64,000 bases of DNA from an uncultured Pseudomonadota bacterium (GCA_902763535.1 CACWSG010000001.1:128261-192260); one strand, 5' to 3'. Positions 38,174 to 49,716 are shown, counted from the first letter of the stretch. Notes: a model not told the origin generated them from the letters alone. Numbers and translations: made by a program.

Positions 38174-38974
38174 TTACAATTTATTGCCTTTGGCATCATA
38201 TTTTACAACTTCGGCATTATCCTGTAATTTTTTGATGATATCGCCGACCGACTTCTTTGCCAACATTGCTTTCAGTTGCGGCTCAATATTCTTCAAAGGC
38301 TCCGGTTTGGCTTCACGAATATCTTCAACCAAAATAACATGATAGCCGAATTGTGTTTTTACCGGAGTTTTGCTGAATTGACCTTTTTTCATTGAAAAAG
38401 CGGCTTCGGCAAATTCCGGAACCATCATCTCTTTGGTAAAATATCCCAATTCTGCCGGCTCTTTGGAATATTCTTTAGCCAATTTATCAAATTGTCCGGC
38501 ATCATTTAACTTGGCAATAACTTCTTTGGCGGCAGCTTCATTGTCAACCAAAATATGTTTGGCTTTGATTTCCTTTTCACCATGGAATGTGTCTTTGTAA
38601 TCTTCATAAAGTTTTTTAACTGCTTTATCATCAACTGCGGCACGAACTTTTTTATCCAAATAAATCTTGCGAGCCAACTCTTGTTTTAAGCCTTTTAACT
38701 GAGCGGCATATTCCGGCGATTCGGTAATTTTTTCTTTTTCGGCAGCCTGATAAACAATCTCGCCATCAACAAAAATATCCAAAGTATTGTTATAAAACTC
38801 ATCAAATGAGGTCTTTTCTTTCACGGCAGGATTGGCATTATAAGCTGTTTTGATATCTTCAACTTTAATCTGTTTGCCGTTCACAACTGCGGCAATTCCG
38901 TCCTTGCCGGCGGCCTGAGCGTTAAAAGCACTCAACACTCCCATCATGGCCAACGCCATAAATTTGTTATTCAT
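38174..38974 (-). CDS. Periplasmic parvulin-type peptidyl-prolyl isomerase (SurA/PpiC-like)
   Basis: Signal peptide '[12 protein letters not shown]'. The parvulin core contains 'IKAKHILV' and '[12 protein letters not shown]'. The start is chosen for 6-nt spacing from SD 'aaggag' (the ORF opens at 39007). Confidence 0.85.
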   Translation of the reverse strand: MNNKFMALAMMGVLSAFNAQAAGKDGIAAVVNGKQIKVEDIKTAYNANPAVKEKTSFDEFYNNTLDIFVDGEIVYQAAEKEKITESPEYAAQLKGLKQELARKIYLDKKVRAAVDDKAVKKLYEDYKDTFHGEKEIKAKHILVDNEAAAKEVIAKLNDAGQFDKLAKEYSKEPAELGYFTKEMMVPEFAEAAFSMKKGQFSKTPVKTQFGYHVILVEDIREAKPEPLKNIEPQLKAMLAKKSVGDIIKKLQDNAEVVKYDAKGNKL

Positions 38975-39147
38975 GTTCATCTCCTTATAAAAACTTTCAT
39001 CACCCAAATTTATACAACAAACCTATCATAAAATCCAAGCTCTTTTTTTTGCTGGTTTATAACTTGGCGCAACACTTGACAGGCGGGCATAAAAACACTA
39101 GATATATATCAACTGAAACTTTTGATTATATATTTAAGGATAATACC

Positions 39148-41871
39148 ATGATAGGCAGCATTGCACGCAAGATATTCGGCTCCGCCAATGATCGTTATGT
39201 TAAAAGACAATATAAAATTGTAGAAAAAATCAATTCATTAGAGCCGGAAATTTCTCAACTTTCTGATGAACAACTACGTGCCAAAACCGATGAATTTAAA
39301 AAACGCATTACTCAAGGCGAAACCTTAGACGAACTTTTGCCCGAGGCTTTTGCCGTAGTGCGTGAGGCTGCCAAACGCACTCTTGGTCAACGCCATTATG
39401 ATGTTCAACTTATCGGCGGTATCGTTCTGCACCATGGTCAAATTGCCGAAATGAAAACCGGTGAAGGTAAAACTTTGGTGGCCACTCTTGCCGCCTATCT
39501 TAATGCTCTTGACGGCAAAGGTGTTCATATCGTAACTGTCAACGATTATTTGGCCAAGCGCGATGCCGAATGGATGGGACAGGTTTATCGTTTCTTAGGG
39601 CTAACGGTTGATTATATCATTCACGAAAAAGATGATGATCAACGCCGCACTGCCTACAATGCCGATATTCTTTATGCCACCAACAACGAGCTCGGTTTTG
39701 ATTATTTGCGTGACAATATGAAATTCCGACTTTCCGACATGGTACAACGCCCGTTCAACTATGCCATTGTCGATGAAGTTGACTCTATTTTGATTGATGA
39801 GGCCAGAACACCTCTGATTATATCCGGTGCCGCCGAGGACAGCTCGGAAAAATATATTTTAGTTAATCGCATCATTCCGCAATTATCCGATGATGATTAT
39901 GAAAAGGACGAAAAAGCTCGTCAGGTAACCTTGACCGAAAAAGGTATGGTTCATGTTGAAGAGTTGCTCAAAAATGTCGGACTTATCAAAGAAGGCGGTC
40001 TTTATGATTTGGCCAATGTAAGTCTTGTCCACCATGTTAATCAGGCTTTGCGTGCCCACAAAATGCACATCAAAGATGTTGATTATATCGTCAAAGACGG
40101 CAAAGTTATGATTATTGATGAATTTACCGGTCGTATGATGGAAGGACGCCGCTATTCCGATGGTCTGCACCAAGCTATTGAGGCCAAAGAAGGGGTTCAA
40201 ATTCAATCAGAAAATCAAACTCTTGCTTCAATTACTTTCCAAAACTATTTCCGAATTTATCCCAAGCTTGCCGGTATGACCGGTACCGCCATGACCGAAG
40301 AAGCCGAGTTTAATGATATTTACAACCTCACCTGTGTTGAAATCCCCACCAATCGTCCGGTTATCCGCCAAGATATGCATGATGAAATTTATCGCACAGC
40401 TGCAGAAAAATATGATGCCATAATCAAAACTATCATTGAATGTCATGAAAAGGGACAACCGGTTTTGGTCGGTACTGCCTCTATTGAAAAATCCGAATTG
40501 GTTGCCGATTTGTTATCCAAACGCACCAATTTGAAATTTGAAGTGTTAAATGCTCGTCATCATGAACGTGAAGCTTATATCATTGCTCAGGCCGGACGCT
40601 CAGGTGCCATCACCGTTGCCACCAACATGGCCGGACGCGGAACCGATATTCAGCTTGGCGGTAATGTTGATATGCGTCTTAAAGAAACCTTAAAAGGCGA
40701 CGAAACTCCCGAACAAATTGAGGCTTTGCGCGAAAAAATCAAACAAGAAGTTGCAGCCGATAAAGAAAAAGTTAAATCAGCCGGCGGTCTTTATATTTTG
40801 GGCACCGAACGCCACGAAAGCCGCCGTATTGACAACCAACTGCGCGGTCGTTCCGGTCGTCAAGGTGATCCGGGAACTTCCAAGTTCTTCCTTTCTCTGG
40901 AAGATGATTTGATGCGCATCTTCGGCTCCGAACGCATGGGAGTTATGTTGCAACATTTGGGCTTGCCCGAAGGCGAACCGCTTGTTCACCCGTGGATTAG
41001 CAAGGCTCTGGAAAAAGCTCAGCAAAAAGTTGAAGAACGCAACTTTGATATTCGTAAAAACTTGCTCAAATATGACGATGTTATGAATGAGCAACGCAAA
41101 GTAATTTATGCTCAACGCCGTGAATTGATGGAATCTGACGATGTATCAGAAGTTCTTGTTGATATGTATCACGACCAAATTCGCAATGTTATATATAAAG
41201 ATATTACATACGGCTCATCCCCCAAAGATTGGAATTTGGAACTCATCAACCAAGATTTGTCGCGTCTGACCGGCTATATTTTCCCATTGCAAGAGTGGGT
41301 CAGTGATGCTGAGATGGATTCCGAAAAACTGGTTGATTTGGTTTGTGAAGCAGTTGATAAATCACAAGCTCAGAAAAATGCATCTGTTCCTTCCGATATT
41401 TTGCGTGTTGTTGAAAAATCCATCCTTTTACAAGAGTTAGACACTTTGTGGAAAGACCATATTGCAACCTTGGATTATATGCGCCACACTATTGTTTTGC
41501 GCGCATACGGACAAAAAGATCCCCTCAATGAATATAAAAAAGAAGCTTTCAATATGTTTTCCGAAATGCTTTCACAATTGGGTGAAAAAGTATCTTTTAT
41601 CCTGTTGCGTACGGTTATCAAGCAAAACTCTGCTGAAAAAATGGAACAACAACCTTCGGCCATGAAAGAAGTTCATGAATCACCCGTAAATTTGCTATCC
41701 GGCAAATCTGAAAGTGAGACTATGCAAGCTCCTGAAAAGCCAACGACTTTCAGTTATGGCAACCAGCAGGTTGATCCCAACAATCCCAGCACTTGGGGCA
41801 AAATATCACGCAATGATCCCTGCCCCTGCGGATCAGGCAAAAAATACAAGCATTGTCACGGCAAAATCTAG
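39148..41871 (+). CDS. secA: Preprotein translocase ATPase SecA
   Basis: '[12 protein letters not shown]' N-terminus, 'GEGKTLVA' Walker A, '[19 protein letters not shown]', and C-terminal zinc motif '[14 protein letters not shown]'. The ORF track opens earlier (39049) on a non-ATG codon. Confidence 0.97.
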   Translation: MIGSIARKIFGSANDRYVKRQYKIVEKINSLEPEISQLSDEQLRAKTDEFKKRITQGETLDELLPEAFAVVREAAKRTLGQRHYDVQLIGGIVLHHGQIAEMKTGEGKTLVATLAAYLNALDGKGVHIVTVNDYLAKRDAEWMGQVYRFLGLTVDYIIHEKDDDQRRTAYNADILYATNNELGFDYLRDNMKFRLSDMVQRPFNYAIVDEVDSILIDEARTPLIISGAAEDSSEKYILVNRIIPQLSDDDYEKDEKARQVTLTEKGMVHVEELLKNVGLIKEGGLYDLANVSLVHHVNQALRAHKMHIKDVDYIVKDGKVMIIDEFTGRMMEGRRYSDGLHQAIEAKEGVQIQSENQTLASITFQNYFRIYPKLAGMTGTAMTEEAEFNDIYNLTCVEIPTNRPVIRQDMHDEIYRTAAEKYDAIIKTIIECHEKGQPVLVGTASIEKSELVADLLSKRTNLKFEVLNARHHEREAYIIAQAGRSGAITVATNMAGRGTDIQLGGNVDMRLKETLKGDETPEQIEALREKIKQEVAADKEKVKSAGGLYILGTERHESRRIDNQLRGRSGRQGDPGTSKFFLSLEDDLMRIFGSERMGVMLQHLGLPEGEPLVHPWISKALEKAQQKVEERNFDIRKNLLKYDDVMNEQRKVIYAQRRELMESDDVSEVLVDMYHDQIRNVIYKDITYGSSPKDWNLELINQDLSRLTGYIFPLQEWVSDAEMDSEKLVDLVCEAVDKSQAQKNASVPSDILRVVEKSILLQELDTLWKDHIATLDYMRHTIVLRAYGQKDPLNEYKKEAFNMFSEMLSQLGEKVSFILLRTVIKQNSAEKMEQQPSAMKEVHESPVNLLSGKSESETMQAPEKPTTFSYGNQQVDPNNPSTWGKISRNDPCPCGSGKKYKHCHGKI

Positions 41872-41934
41872 GTTAGCGTTTATATAAAATTAACCTGTAT
41901 TTGCTATACTTCACCTTGTTATATGGAGGTGCTC

Positions 41935-43032
41935 ATGTTCAGACTATATGCCCTAATCGCTTTGTCCGTTCTTTTGTCAGGCAATGCCTATGCTCAGGAT
42001 AGTTTGTCTTTGTTTGATGAAGAACCGGCTCCGCAAGCATCCGAATCTCAAAAGCAAAATGTTTCTGAAAATGTTCCTGCATCTTCAAATGAAAGCCCGG
42101 CTAAAGAGGATAGTGCTTTATTTAGTTTTATGGGATTGAAAATACCCAATTTTATATCGTCATCTTCCGAAAATGAAAATTCTTTGGAAACTCTCACTCA
42201 AAAAGCTGAAGATGGTGATGTTTCTGCGCAACTGAAACTGGGATATACCTATCTTTATGGTATGGAAGGGCTTAATGCCGACTATGCAAAAGCATTTCAC
42301 TATTATGAACTTGCGGCCAATCAAAACGACAAAATCGGTATCAACAACTTGGGAACTCTTTACTATAACGGTATCGGCACTCAACGTAATCCGCGCAAGG
42401 CAGCCCTATTGTTTGCCAAAGCTGCTGAAGCCGGCAATTTTGATGCCGCAACTAATTTGGGATTTATATATGTCAGCGGCAGTGGTATTGAGCAAAATGT
42501 CGAAGCCGGTATAGCCAATTTTGAAAAAGCTGTAACTGGTGGTAATGTTTTGGCTCAGTTTATGACCGGATGTGCTTATTACTACGGCAAACATCGGCAG
42601 CTTAATTTTATCAAAGCGGCTCCTTTAATCAAAGCTGCGGCCGATCAAGGTTTTGATGAAGCACAATTTTTGATTGCAACGATGTATATGAACGGTCAAG
42701 GATACCCGCAAAACTATGGCAATGCTATTAAATATTTGAAAAAAGCAGTAGAACAAGGACATCTTCAAGCTATGATGAAACTTGCCGATATCTATTCCGG
42801 CAGCACAAAATTTCCTGCCGATATTCAACAGGCTCATACCCTATACAATATCGCAGCTGTTCGCGGTGTCCGAGGCGCCGGCGAACTGCGCGAAAAAGTT
42901 GAAGGAAAAATGAAAATAGCTCAAATCATGAACAGCCAAACCGAGGCTGAAAATTTCAAAGACAAGCCTTCCGATTTGACAATCTATGTTCGTAAAACCT
43001 TCGGTACAAACATTTGCCGTTATGTTCAATAA
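41935..43032 (+). CDS. Sel1-repeat (SLR) periplasmic protein
   Basis: Signal peptide 'LLSGNAYAQ'. Repeated 'A..W/F..AA.QG...AQ..LG..Y..G.G' units include 'GDVSAQLKLGYTYLYG' and 'GHLQAMMKLADIY'. SD 'ggagg' lies before the ATG at 41935. Confidence 0.85.
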   Translation: MFRLYALIALSVLLSGNAYAQDSLSLFDEEPAPQASESQKQNVSENVPASSNESPAKEDSALFSFMGLKIPNFISSSSENENSLETLTQKAEDGDVSAQLKLGYTYLYGMEGLNADYAKAFHYYELAANQNDKIGINNLGTLYYNGIGTQRNPRKAALLFAKAAEAGNFDAATNLGFIYVSGSGIEQNVEAGIANFEKAVTGGNVLAQFMTGCAYYYGKHRQLNFIKAAPLIKAAADQGFDEAQFLIATMYMNGQGYPQNYGNAIKYLKKAVEQGHLQAMMKLADIYSGSTKFPADIQQAHTLYNIAAVRGVRGAGELREKVEGKMKIAQIMNSQTEAENFKDKPSDLTIYVRKTFGTNICRYVQ

Positions 43033-43036
43033 CAAT

Positions 43037-44377
43037 CTATCTGAAATTGCGAATATTATTCTCTAGCCAATGAATATCATAAAGCCCGTCAATATATTCC
43101 GGCTGAGCGATAATTTTTTGATGTAACGGAATAGTTGTTTTTACACCATCAATCACAAATTCTTCCAGTGCACGATGCAATCTCATCAAAACACCGTTAC
43201 GGGTACGACCATGCACAATCAGCTTGGCAATCATGCTGTCATAAAACGGAGGAATTTTATAACCGGAATAAATTTCGGAATCAACTCTAACCCCCAGTCC
43301 GCCCGGTGCGTGCCATTCGGTAACTTTTCCGGCATTGGGCACAAAAGTTTCGGGATCTTCAGCATTAATACGACATTCTATGGCACAGCCGTTTAACTTA
43401 ATATCATCTTGAGCATAACCTAACTTTGCGCCATCAGCCACTCGCAACTGCTCTCTTACAATATCAATACCTGAAACGGCCTCAGTAATCGGATGCTCAA
43501 CTTGCAAACGAGTGTTCATCTCCAGAAAATAGAACTTACCATCCTCAAATAAGAATTCCAAAGTTCCGGCACTGACATAACCTATTTTTTCCATAGCTGA
43601 TTTTGCCAACCCGCATAGTTCTTTCCGTTGCTGTTCATTTAATGCCGGAGACGGCGTTTCTTCAATAATTTTTTGATTTTGACGCTGAATTGAACAGTCT
43701 CTTTCGCCTAAACAAACGACATGACCATAACTGTCTGCTAAAATTTGAACTTCAATATGACGCGGATTTTGCAAATATTTTTCCATATACACTTCATCAC
43801 TGGAAAACGAAGCCTTGGCCTCAGCCCTAGCCATCATATAGGCCGTGGCAATCTCTTGCTCATTATTGGCAATTTTCATTCCCTTACCGCCGCCCCCGGC
43901 CTTGGCTTTAATAATAACCGGATACCCGATGGCTGCCGCCTTTTCTTTAGCATCATCAATACTTTGCAAAGCCCCGCTTCCTTCTACCACCGGCAGTCCG
44001 CACTCTTTGGCAAATTCTCTGGCTTTTAACTTATCACCCATCATGCGTATTTGCTCAGGTTTAGGACCAATAAAAACAATACCGTGTTCTTCGACCATTT
44101 CGGCAAAATCGGCATCTTCCGATAAAAAACCATACCCAGGATGAATAGCATCAACTCCGGTAATTGTCGCCGCCGAAATAATTGCTGACTTATTTAAATA
44201 AGAATCTGCTGCTCGAGCCGGACCTATACAAACAGCCTCATCTGCCAATCTTACATGCATGGCATTAGCATCAGCCTCAGAGTGAACCGCAACAGTCTTT
44301 ATACCCATCTCGCGACAAGCCCGATGAATTCGTAACGCAACCTCGCCACGATTGGCAATCAAAACTTTTTCAAACAT
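43037..44377 (-). CDS. accC: Acetyl-CoA carboxylase, biotin carboxylase subunit
   Basis: 'MFEKVLIANRGEVALRIHRACREMGI', 'GGGGKGM' and 'EMNTRLQVEHPITE'. Confidence 0.97.
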   Translation of the reverse strand: MFEKVLIANRGEVALRIHRACREMGIKTVAVHSEADANAMHVRLADEAVCIGPARAADSYLNKSAIISAATITGVDAIHPGYGFLSEDADFAEMVEEHGIVFIGPKPEQIRMMGDKLKAREFAKECGLPVVEGSGALQSIDDAKEKAAAIGYPVIIKAKAGGGGKGMKIANNEQEIATAYMMARAEAKASFSSDEVYMEKYLQNPRHIEVQILADSYGHVVCLGERDCSIQRQNQKIIEETPSPALNEQQRKELCGLAKSAMEKIGYVSAGTLEFLFEDGKFYFLEMNTRLQVEHPITEAVSGIDIVREQLRVADGAKLGYAQDDIKLNGCAIECRINAEDPETFVPNAGKVTEWHAPGGLGVRVDSEIYSGYKIPPFYDSMIAKLIVHGRTRNGVLMRLHRALEEFVIDGVKTTIPLHQKIIAQPEYIDGLYDIHWLENNIRNFR

Positions 44378-44386
44378 TTTGACCTC

Positions 44387-44872
44387 TTACTCAATTATCA
44401 GCAAAGATTCACCATATTCAACCGGATCACCCGACTCAACCAAAATTTTGGTAACAATACCGGAACGATGAGCCTTAACCGGATTAAATGTTTTCATCGC
44501 CTCAATCAAACAAACAATATCACCTTCTTTAACCTTGTCACCAACATTAACATAATCAGGTTTTGTCGGATCCGGAGACAAATAAACCACACCGACAATC
44601 GGGGCCTTAACACTACCGGCATTATTTGAATAATCATCAATTGAAAAATCGTTATTATCTGTCGCTGTATTAGTTTTTGCAACATTAACCGGCTGTACTG
44701 TTTGAATCGGATTAACCGCCGAAGCAGAAACTAAACCACTGTTGCTTTTTATGCTTATGCGGCATTTCTCGTCTTCATATTCCAATTCGCTCAAATTATT
44801 TTTATTCAAAACTTCAGCCAGTTTATTTATAACTTTTGTATCAATTTGATTATTCATAACATTATCTTTCAA
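44387..44872 (-). CDS. accB: Acetyl-CoA carboxylase, biotin carboxyl carrier protein
   Basis: C-terminal biotinyl domain with 'CLIEAMKTFNPV' (E-A-M-K). It lies immediately upstream of accC. Confidence 0.92.
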   Translation of the reverse strand: MKDNVMNNQIDTKVINKLAEVLNKNNLSELEYEDEKCRISIKSNSGLVSASAVNPIQTVQPVNVAKTNTATDNNDFSIDDYSNNAGSVKAPIVGVVYLSPDPTKPDYVNVGDKVKEGDIVCLIEAMKTFNPVKAHRSGIVTKILVESGDPVEYGESLLIIE

Positions 44873-45022
44873 AAAAAAATCACTCTTTTGTTAAAATATC
44901 ATTTTTTGCAAAAAATACAACAAAAAATATATATTTTTTAGCATTTTTTATGCTTTTTTGCTCAAAAATGCAATTTTCAAATTTTATTACTTTTATGTCT
45001 TATTACTACTGTTTTAAAAATT

Positions 45023-45038
45023 TGGCACGCATATTGCA
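45023..45038 (+). promoter_or_regulatory. Sigma-54 (-24/-12) promoter upstream of fliK-flgD-flgE
   Basis: 'TGGCACGCATATTGCA' is an exact TGGCAC-N5-TTGC match. It lies about 40 nt upstream of the fliK ATG. Confidence 0.7.
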
Positions 45039-45077
45039 TATAGTCCTGCAAGCTTAATTTTTTATAAGGCGAAAAAA

Positions 45078-46733
45078 ATGGAAATACAAGATAGAAACAG
45101 CATTATGCAACTTGCACTTAATTTCAACTTCGACAGTAAAAACTTGTCATCTGCCGGTGAAATTGGTTTTATTGACATGATTAAAAATGTTCCGGTTGAT
45201 AATAATGTTAAAACACCTGCTTTTGATACTTCTAAAAGTACAGATGCTTTAGTTTCTGAAAAAAGCAAGGCTCCTCGTCCTTCCAATAAAAATAATAGTG
45301 ATTCTTCTGCAACCAAATCATCCAAGAAAACTACCGCAAAAGCATCTGACAAGGCAGAAAAAAAGGTCGTAACTCAAAACAACAAACAAGAATCTGCTCC
45401 GGCGGCTGTAAATTCACCGGCACCGCAAGATGATGTTCAGGCACAATCTTCAACTGAAGCAACCTATGTTCAAGTTGAAGATAATATTGAAAACACCTCA
45501 GCTGAGGTCGCCGCAGAAATTCCTGCCATAACCGAAAACACTGAAACAATGGTTGCGGAAAATTTGTGGGACTTAGGCAAAATATTCAATATAACCGAGC
45601 CCGCTGTTTCTGCAATAGAGCAAAGTGAAGTTATTGCTGATGAAGCTGACATTATGACGGTTACTCCGGAAAATACAACTTTAGAAAACAATGTTGTTAC
45701 TAGTGTTGCTGAAGATACCGTTTCTGTTGAAACTGCTCCGGTTGTTGAAAAAACTATGCTGCAAACCTCAGCCGTTAATTTAGATACATCATCTGAAGAT
45801 ACAAACACTCATAAAGCCGCAACTTATCATCAAAATGATAATCCTTTGAATATGCCGCTTGACGAAAAGAGTGATTTGTTGATTCAGCAGGCTCAACATT
45901 TAGACACCAAAATCGGCACATCACATCATCTCAAAATTGATGTTAATGTCAATGAGGCAAAAATTGCCGCCCCCATTGAAAACAATATTTTGCAAAATTC
46001 TTTTGCCATTACCTCAATGCTGCAAGGCGACAATATGATTGACACCCCGATAAATGTTGAAAACTTTATTGAAGGTGAACAAATCCTAACCAATAACAAT
46101 GCGGCACAAAATAACACCGAAGCCGCGCCGCAACCTGTTAATAGTGCATTTGTTGCCAATATCTCAGCAAGTCAACCGACTTCTTTATCTGCCTCCGAAG
46201 ATGTTGCCATGATAAATTCTATACATCCTGTTGAGTTATCAATTTCACATCTGACTGCTAAAAACGAATTATCCCCTCACCTGCAAGAGATAAATGATGA
46301 TGCTTCCTTAAAAGGTTTGGGCAAAGAGGTAATTGAACAAATCAAAGTCAACATCACTAAGTCAGCTATCAAAGGTGTCGATACTATTGATATTGAATTA
46401 AAACCTGAAGAATTAGGCAAAGTGCAGGTTCGTATGTACATCAGCAAAGATGGCAAATTGCACGCTGATATTATTGCCTCAAGACAAGAAACCTCTGATT
46501 TGCTCCAACGCGAAGTTGAAAGCCTGAGCAAATCATTCCAAGATGCCGGTTATGATACCAACAAACAAAACTTTAATTTCAGCTCTCAGGAAGAACGCCA
46601 AGCCAATCACAACCGTGAAGAAAATAAACTTCAACAGTTCATTGGCGAGGCTTTGGCTCAAGAATCTGAACCGACCGGAGTAAATGATAATCTGGCGTAT
46701 GACCCCAAAGTCGGTCTTAACATCAGAGTATAG
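45078..46733 (+). CDS. fliK: Flagellar hook-length control protein FliK
   Basis: A long low-complexity Ser/Thr/Ala/Asn-rich N-region is followed by the C-terminal Flg_hook-type domain 'IELKPEELGKVQVRMYISKDGKLHADIIASRQETSDLLQREVESL'. Its position is directly upstream of flgD. Confidence 0.75.
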   Translation: MEIQDRNSIMQLALNFNFDSKNLSSAGEIGFIDMIKNVPVDNNVKTPAFDTSKSTDALVSEKSKAPRPSNKNNSDSSATKSSKKTTAKASDKAEKKVVTQNNKQESAPAAVNSPAPQDDVQAQSSTEATYVQVEDNIENTSAEVAAEIPAITENTETMVAENLWDLGKIFNITEPAVSAIEQSEVIADEADIMTVTPENTTLENNVVTSVAEDTVSVETAPVVEKTMLQTSAVNLDTSSEDTNTHKAATYHQNDNPLNMPLDEKSDLLIQQAQHLDTKIGTSHHLKIDVNVNEAKIAAPIENNILQNSFAITSMLQGDNMIDTPINVENFIEGEQILTNNNAAQNNTEAAPQPVNSAFVANISASQPTSLSASEDVAMINSIHPVELSISHLTAKNELSPHLQEINDDASLKGLGKEVIEQIKVNITKSAIKGVDTIDIELKPEELGKVQVRMYISKDGKLHADIIASRQETSDLLQREVESLSKSFQDAGYDTNKQNFNFSSQEERQANHNREENKLQQFIGEALAQESEPTGVNDNLAYDPKVGLNIRV

Positions 46734-46751
46734 TTATAAGGAGATTAAGCC

Positions 46752-47489
46752 ATGACAGATTTAACTTCCATCATCAATTCCGTCAACACTTCAGCTACCA
46801 AAACCGGTGCCGCCAGCCAAACCTTATCAGCTGACATGAACACCTTTTTGACCATGCTGACCACTCAGTTGCAATATCAAGACCCGCTTGATCCGATGGA
46901 TGCAACCGAATACACTAATCAACTGGTACAATATTCTAATGTTGAACAAGCCATTCAAACCAATACCAAATTGGATCAGCTTTTAAGCTTGTCTATCCAC
47001 AATCTCGGTGTTCAGGCTACCGGTTATGTCGGTCAAACCGTTCAGGTCTTGGGTGATGTTATGCCTTTGACAAATGGTGCGGCAAAAGCCACCTACACTT
47101 TAGGTCAGAATGTCGAGAGCACTAACATTTTGGTAAAAGACCTTGACGGTAACACTGTTTACACTACCACCGGTGACACCACCAGCGGAGCTCACGATTT
47201 TGTATGGAACGGCAAAGATAATTTCGGCAACCAACTTCCTGACGGAGCTTATCAAATCGCTATCATGCCTCAAGCTCTGCCATCTCAAGCCGCTCCAACC
47301 GTAACCACTACGGTTTATGGCAAAGTTACCGGTGTTGCCAGTGATGAAAACGGAATTTATATTGGTCTTGGTGATGCCACCACCACAACTTTAGATAACA
47401 TTTTAACATCTCGCGGCTCAGGCTATTGGGATGAAATAATCGCAAGCGCTCAAGGAAATGGCAGCGCATTAAATGACGAGAACGCTTAA
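46752..47489 (+). CDS. flgD: Flagellar hook capping/assembly protein FlgD
   Basis: 'FLTMLTTQLQYQDPLDPMD' signature and a C-terminal FlgD Ig-like region containing 'HDFVWNGKDNFGNQLPDGAY'. Confidence 0.9.
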   Translation: MTDLTSIINSVNTSATKTGAASQTLSADMNTFLTMLTTQLQYQDPLDPMDATEYTNQLVQYSNVEQAIQTNTKLDQLLSLSIHNLGVQATGYVGQTVQVLGDVMPLTNGAAKATYTLGQNVESTNILVKDLDGNTVYTTTGDTTSGAHDFVWNGKDNFGNQLPDGAYQIAIMPQALPSQAAPTVTTTVYGKVTGVASDENGIYIGLGDATTTTLDNILTSRGSGYWDEIIASAQGNGSALNDENA

Positions 47490-47513
47490 CATTTTAGTTT
47501 TAGGAGAAAGAAC

Positions 47514-49640
47514 ATGAGTATTTTAGGTGCATTACAAGCTGGTGTTTCGGGATTATCTTCCCAATCCAGCGCCATGGGAGCGGTAGCTGACAACATCGCT
47601 AACATGAACACTGTCGGTTACAAAGACAACAATGTGTCATTTTCGACACTTGTAACCAAACAAATTTCGTCAAACAAATATTCCTCCGGCGGCGTTCAAC
47701 CGCATGCCAGCCAAAACATCAGCTCTCAAGGCTTGTTGTCTTCAGTTGCATCCAACACTTCGTTGGCGATTTCCGGAGCAGGTTTCTTTGTAGTTAACTC
47801 TTCAAATCTTGGTGATGAAACTTGGGCCTACACCCGCGCCGGCGATTTCAAAGCTGACGAAACCGGTTATTTGGTAAACTCCGGTGGCTACTATGCCCAA
47901 GCTTGGTCATTGTTGCCTTGGGACGGTACAACTACCGCATCAACTGTTGATATTAATGGCATCATGTATATGAAAGCCTACAAAAACGATGCCGGTCAAA
48001 CCGTTTACATCAATGACAACATTGTTGACCAAACCAACTTACGCGGTATTGACTTATCCAAAATCGGCGGTACAGCAACCCCGACAACTCAAATTGCTTT
48101 CGGTGCCAACCTGCCGTCATCAACCCGCATTGGCGACACTCACTCGGTATCGACTCTTGTTTATGACAGTTTGGGTAATCCGGCCAATGTAAGCTTAAAC
48201 TATCAAAAATCTTCTGCCAACTCATGGAGTTTGGGCACTTCCGTTCCATCAGGAGCAGCTGCCGTAAATCTGTACAATGAAGATCAGCAAGTTTATGCTT
48301 CTGCGGCTCACATGGAGTTTTCCGATGTTCCTTCCGAAGGTTCAACCATCAAAATCGGAACTACCACATTTACTTTCACCGCTTCGCCCTCTGGCACTGA
48401 CACCAAAGAGGTTGACATTTCATCAAATGAACTTTCAACCATATTGAAAAACTTCCTTGCTGCCATTCAGGCTAATATTCGTGATGGTGGAAGATTTTCT
48501 ATCAACAAAGGCGCTATTGAGGTAAATCAAAGCTTAACCGGTGAAGAATTGCAATTTGATTGCAGCGGGTGTCTGGCTTGTATTCAATCCTCTGCCAATA
48601 TAAATCAGGCTTCAGGTTTGCCATCCGGCAAATTCACTTTGCAAGCTATTAATAATGACATCAAAAATGCCGCGTGGATTGATTTTACTTCTAATCCGGT
48701 ACTCAATAATGAAATCACTATTGATAATGTAAAATTCATCTTTGCTGATAGACCTACGGGATATGTTGGCGACGATGTTTATGTCGGAGATCCGACCGAT
48801 AAAGATGTTGTAACCAACGTTAAAAATTTGGTTTCAGCAATTCAAAGCTCAGCGGTTGCCGAACCCAAACGTTTTGTTGCCAGTGGTTATACCATGGAGA
48901 TTTTGCCATCTTCTACTGGTGAAAACATCACTATCAGCGGTATAAATTTGGCCGGACAATCATCATCTTATATCCAAGGTGGTTCGACTAAAAATATTAC
49001 AGATCCTATTACCAGCAAATTTACCTCAATCAACGATGGTATTGAACATTTAGGAAGTTTGGTTCCTGCGGTTATGTTCAATTCTGACGGTACACCTAAG
49101 ACCATCAATGTTAATGACATGGAAATCTATTGGGCTAATGGTGCTCAAGATATGACCGGTGATGTTGCTGATGGCGATGGTGTCAAAATTACTCTTAACA
49201 TGGGTAATGAAAATACATCTTCCGGCTTAACCAGCTTATCCGGCAACTTCAATACCTCATACATCAATCAAGATGGTGCCACATTCGGTAGCTATACCGG
49301 AGTTACTGTCAGTGATGATGGTATTGTAACTGCCGTATTCTCCAATGGTGAAACTCAGCCGATTGCTATTATACCTTTGGCAATGTTCACCAACGCTGAT
49401 GGTATGGAAGCTTTGAACAATAATGTTTGGATTGCTACCACCGCATCCGGAACTCCTCTGTTAACTCAAGCCACCACCGGCGGTTCAGGCGAAATCGCCG
49501 CCAGCTCTTTAGAGAGTTCAACCGTCGACTTGGCCAACGAGTTCTCCAACATGATTATTGTTCAAAGAGCTTATTCGGCAGCCGGTAAGATTATTACCAC
49601 TGCTGACGAGATGTTGCAGGAGCTGACATCGCTCATCTAA
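47514..49640 (+). CDS. flgE: Flagellar hook protein FlgE (long form, 708 aa)
   Basis: N-terminus 'GVSGLSSQSSAMGAVADNIANMNTVGYK' and C-terminus 'LESSTVDLANEFSNMIIVQRAYSAAGKIITTADEMLQEL'. A large central insertion is present. Confidence 0.92.
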   Translation: MSILGALQAGVSGLSSQSSAMGAVADNIANMNTVGYKDNNVSFSTLVTKQISSNKYSSGGVQPHASQNISSQGLLSSVASNTSLAISGAGFFVVNSSNLGDETWAYTRAGDFKADETGYLVNSGGYYAQAWSLLPWDGTTTASTVDINGIMYMKAYKNDAGQTVYINDNIVDQTNLRGIDLSKIGGTATPTTQIAFGANLPSSTRIGDTHSVSTLVYDSLGNPANVSLNYQKSSANSWSLGTSVPSGAAAVNLYNEDQQVYASAAHMEFSDVPSEGSTIKIGTTTFTFTASPSGTDTKEVDISSNELSTILKNFLAAIQANIRDGGRFSINKGAIEVNQSLTGEELQFDCSGCLACIQSSANINQASGLPSGKFTLQAINNDIKNAAWIDFTSNPVLNNEITIDNVKFIFADRPTGYVGDDVYVGDPTDKDVVTNVKNLVSAIQSSAVAEPKRFVASGYTMEILPSSTGENITISGINLAGQSSSYIQGGSTKNITDPITSKFTSINDGIEHLGSLVPAVMFNSDGTPKTINVNDMEIYWANGAQDMTGDVADGDGVKITLNMGNENTSSGLTSLSGNFNTSYINQDGATFGSYTGVTVSDDGIVTAVFSNGETQPIAIIPLAMFTNADGMEALNNNVWIATTASGTPLLTQATTGGSGEIAASSLESSTVDLANEFSNMIIVQRAYSAAGKIITTADEMLQELTSLI

Positions 49641-49716
49641 TTATTATCAAATCTTTTCCCTAAAACTGAAAAACCCCGTATGTTTGAAGAAATCAAACAA
49701 CGGGGTTTTACTAATT

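Noticed and set aside
39049-39147. The upstream extension of secA in the ORF track (start at 39049), and similar non-ATG extensions at 11903, 20281, 33275, 62774 and 39007.
   Set aside because: The extensions begin at non-ATG codons, lack an SD, and add non-conserved residues ahead of canonical N-termini or signal peptides. Internal ATGs with better context were chosen instead.
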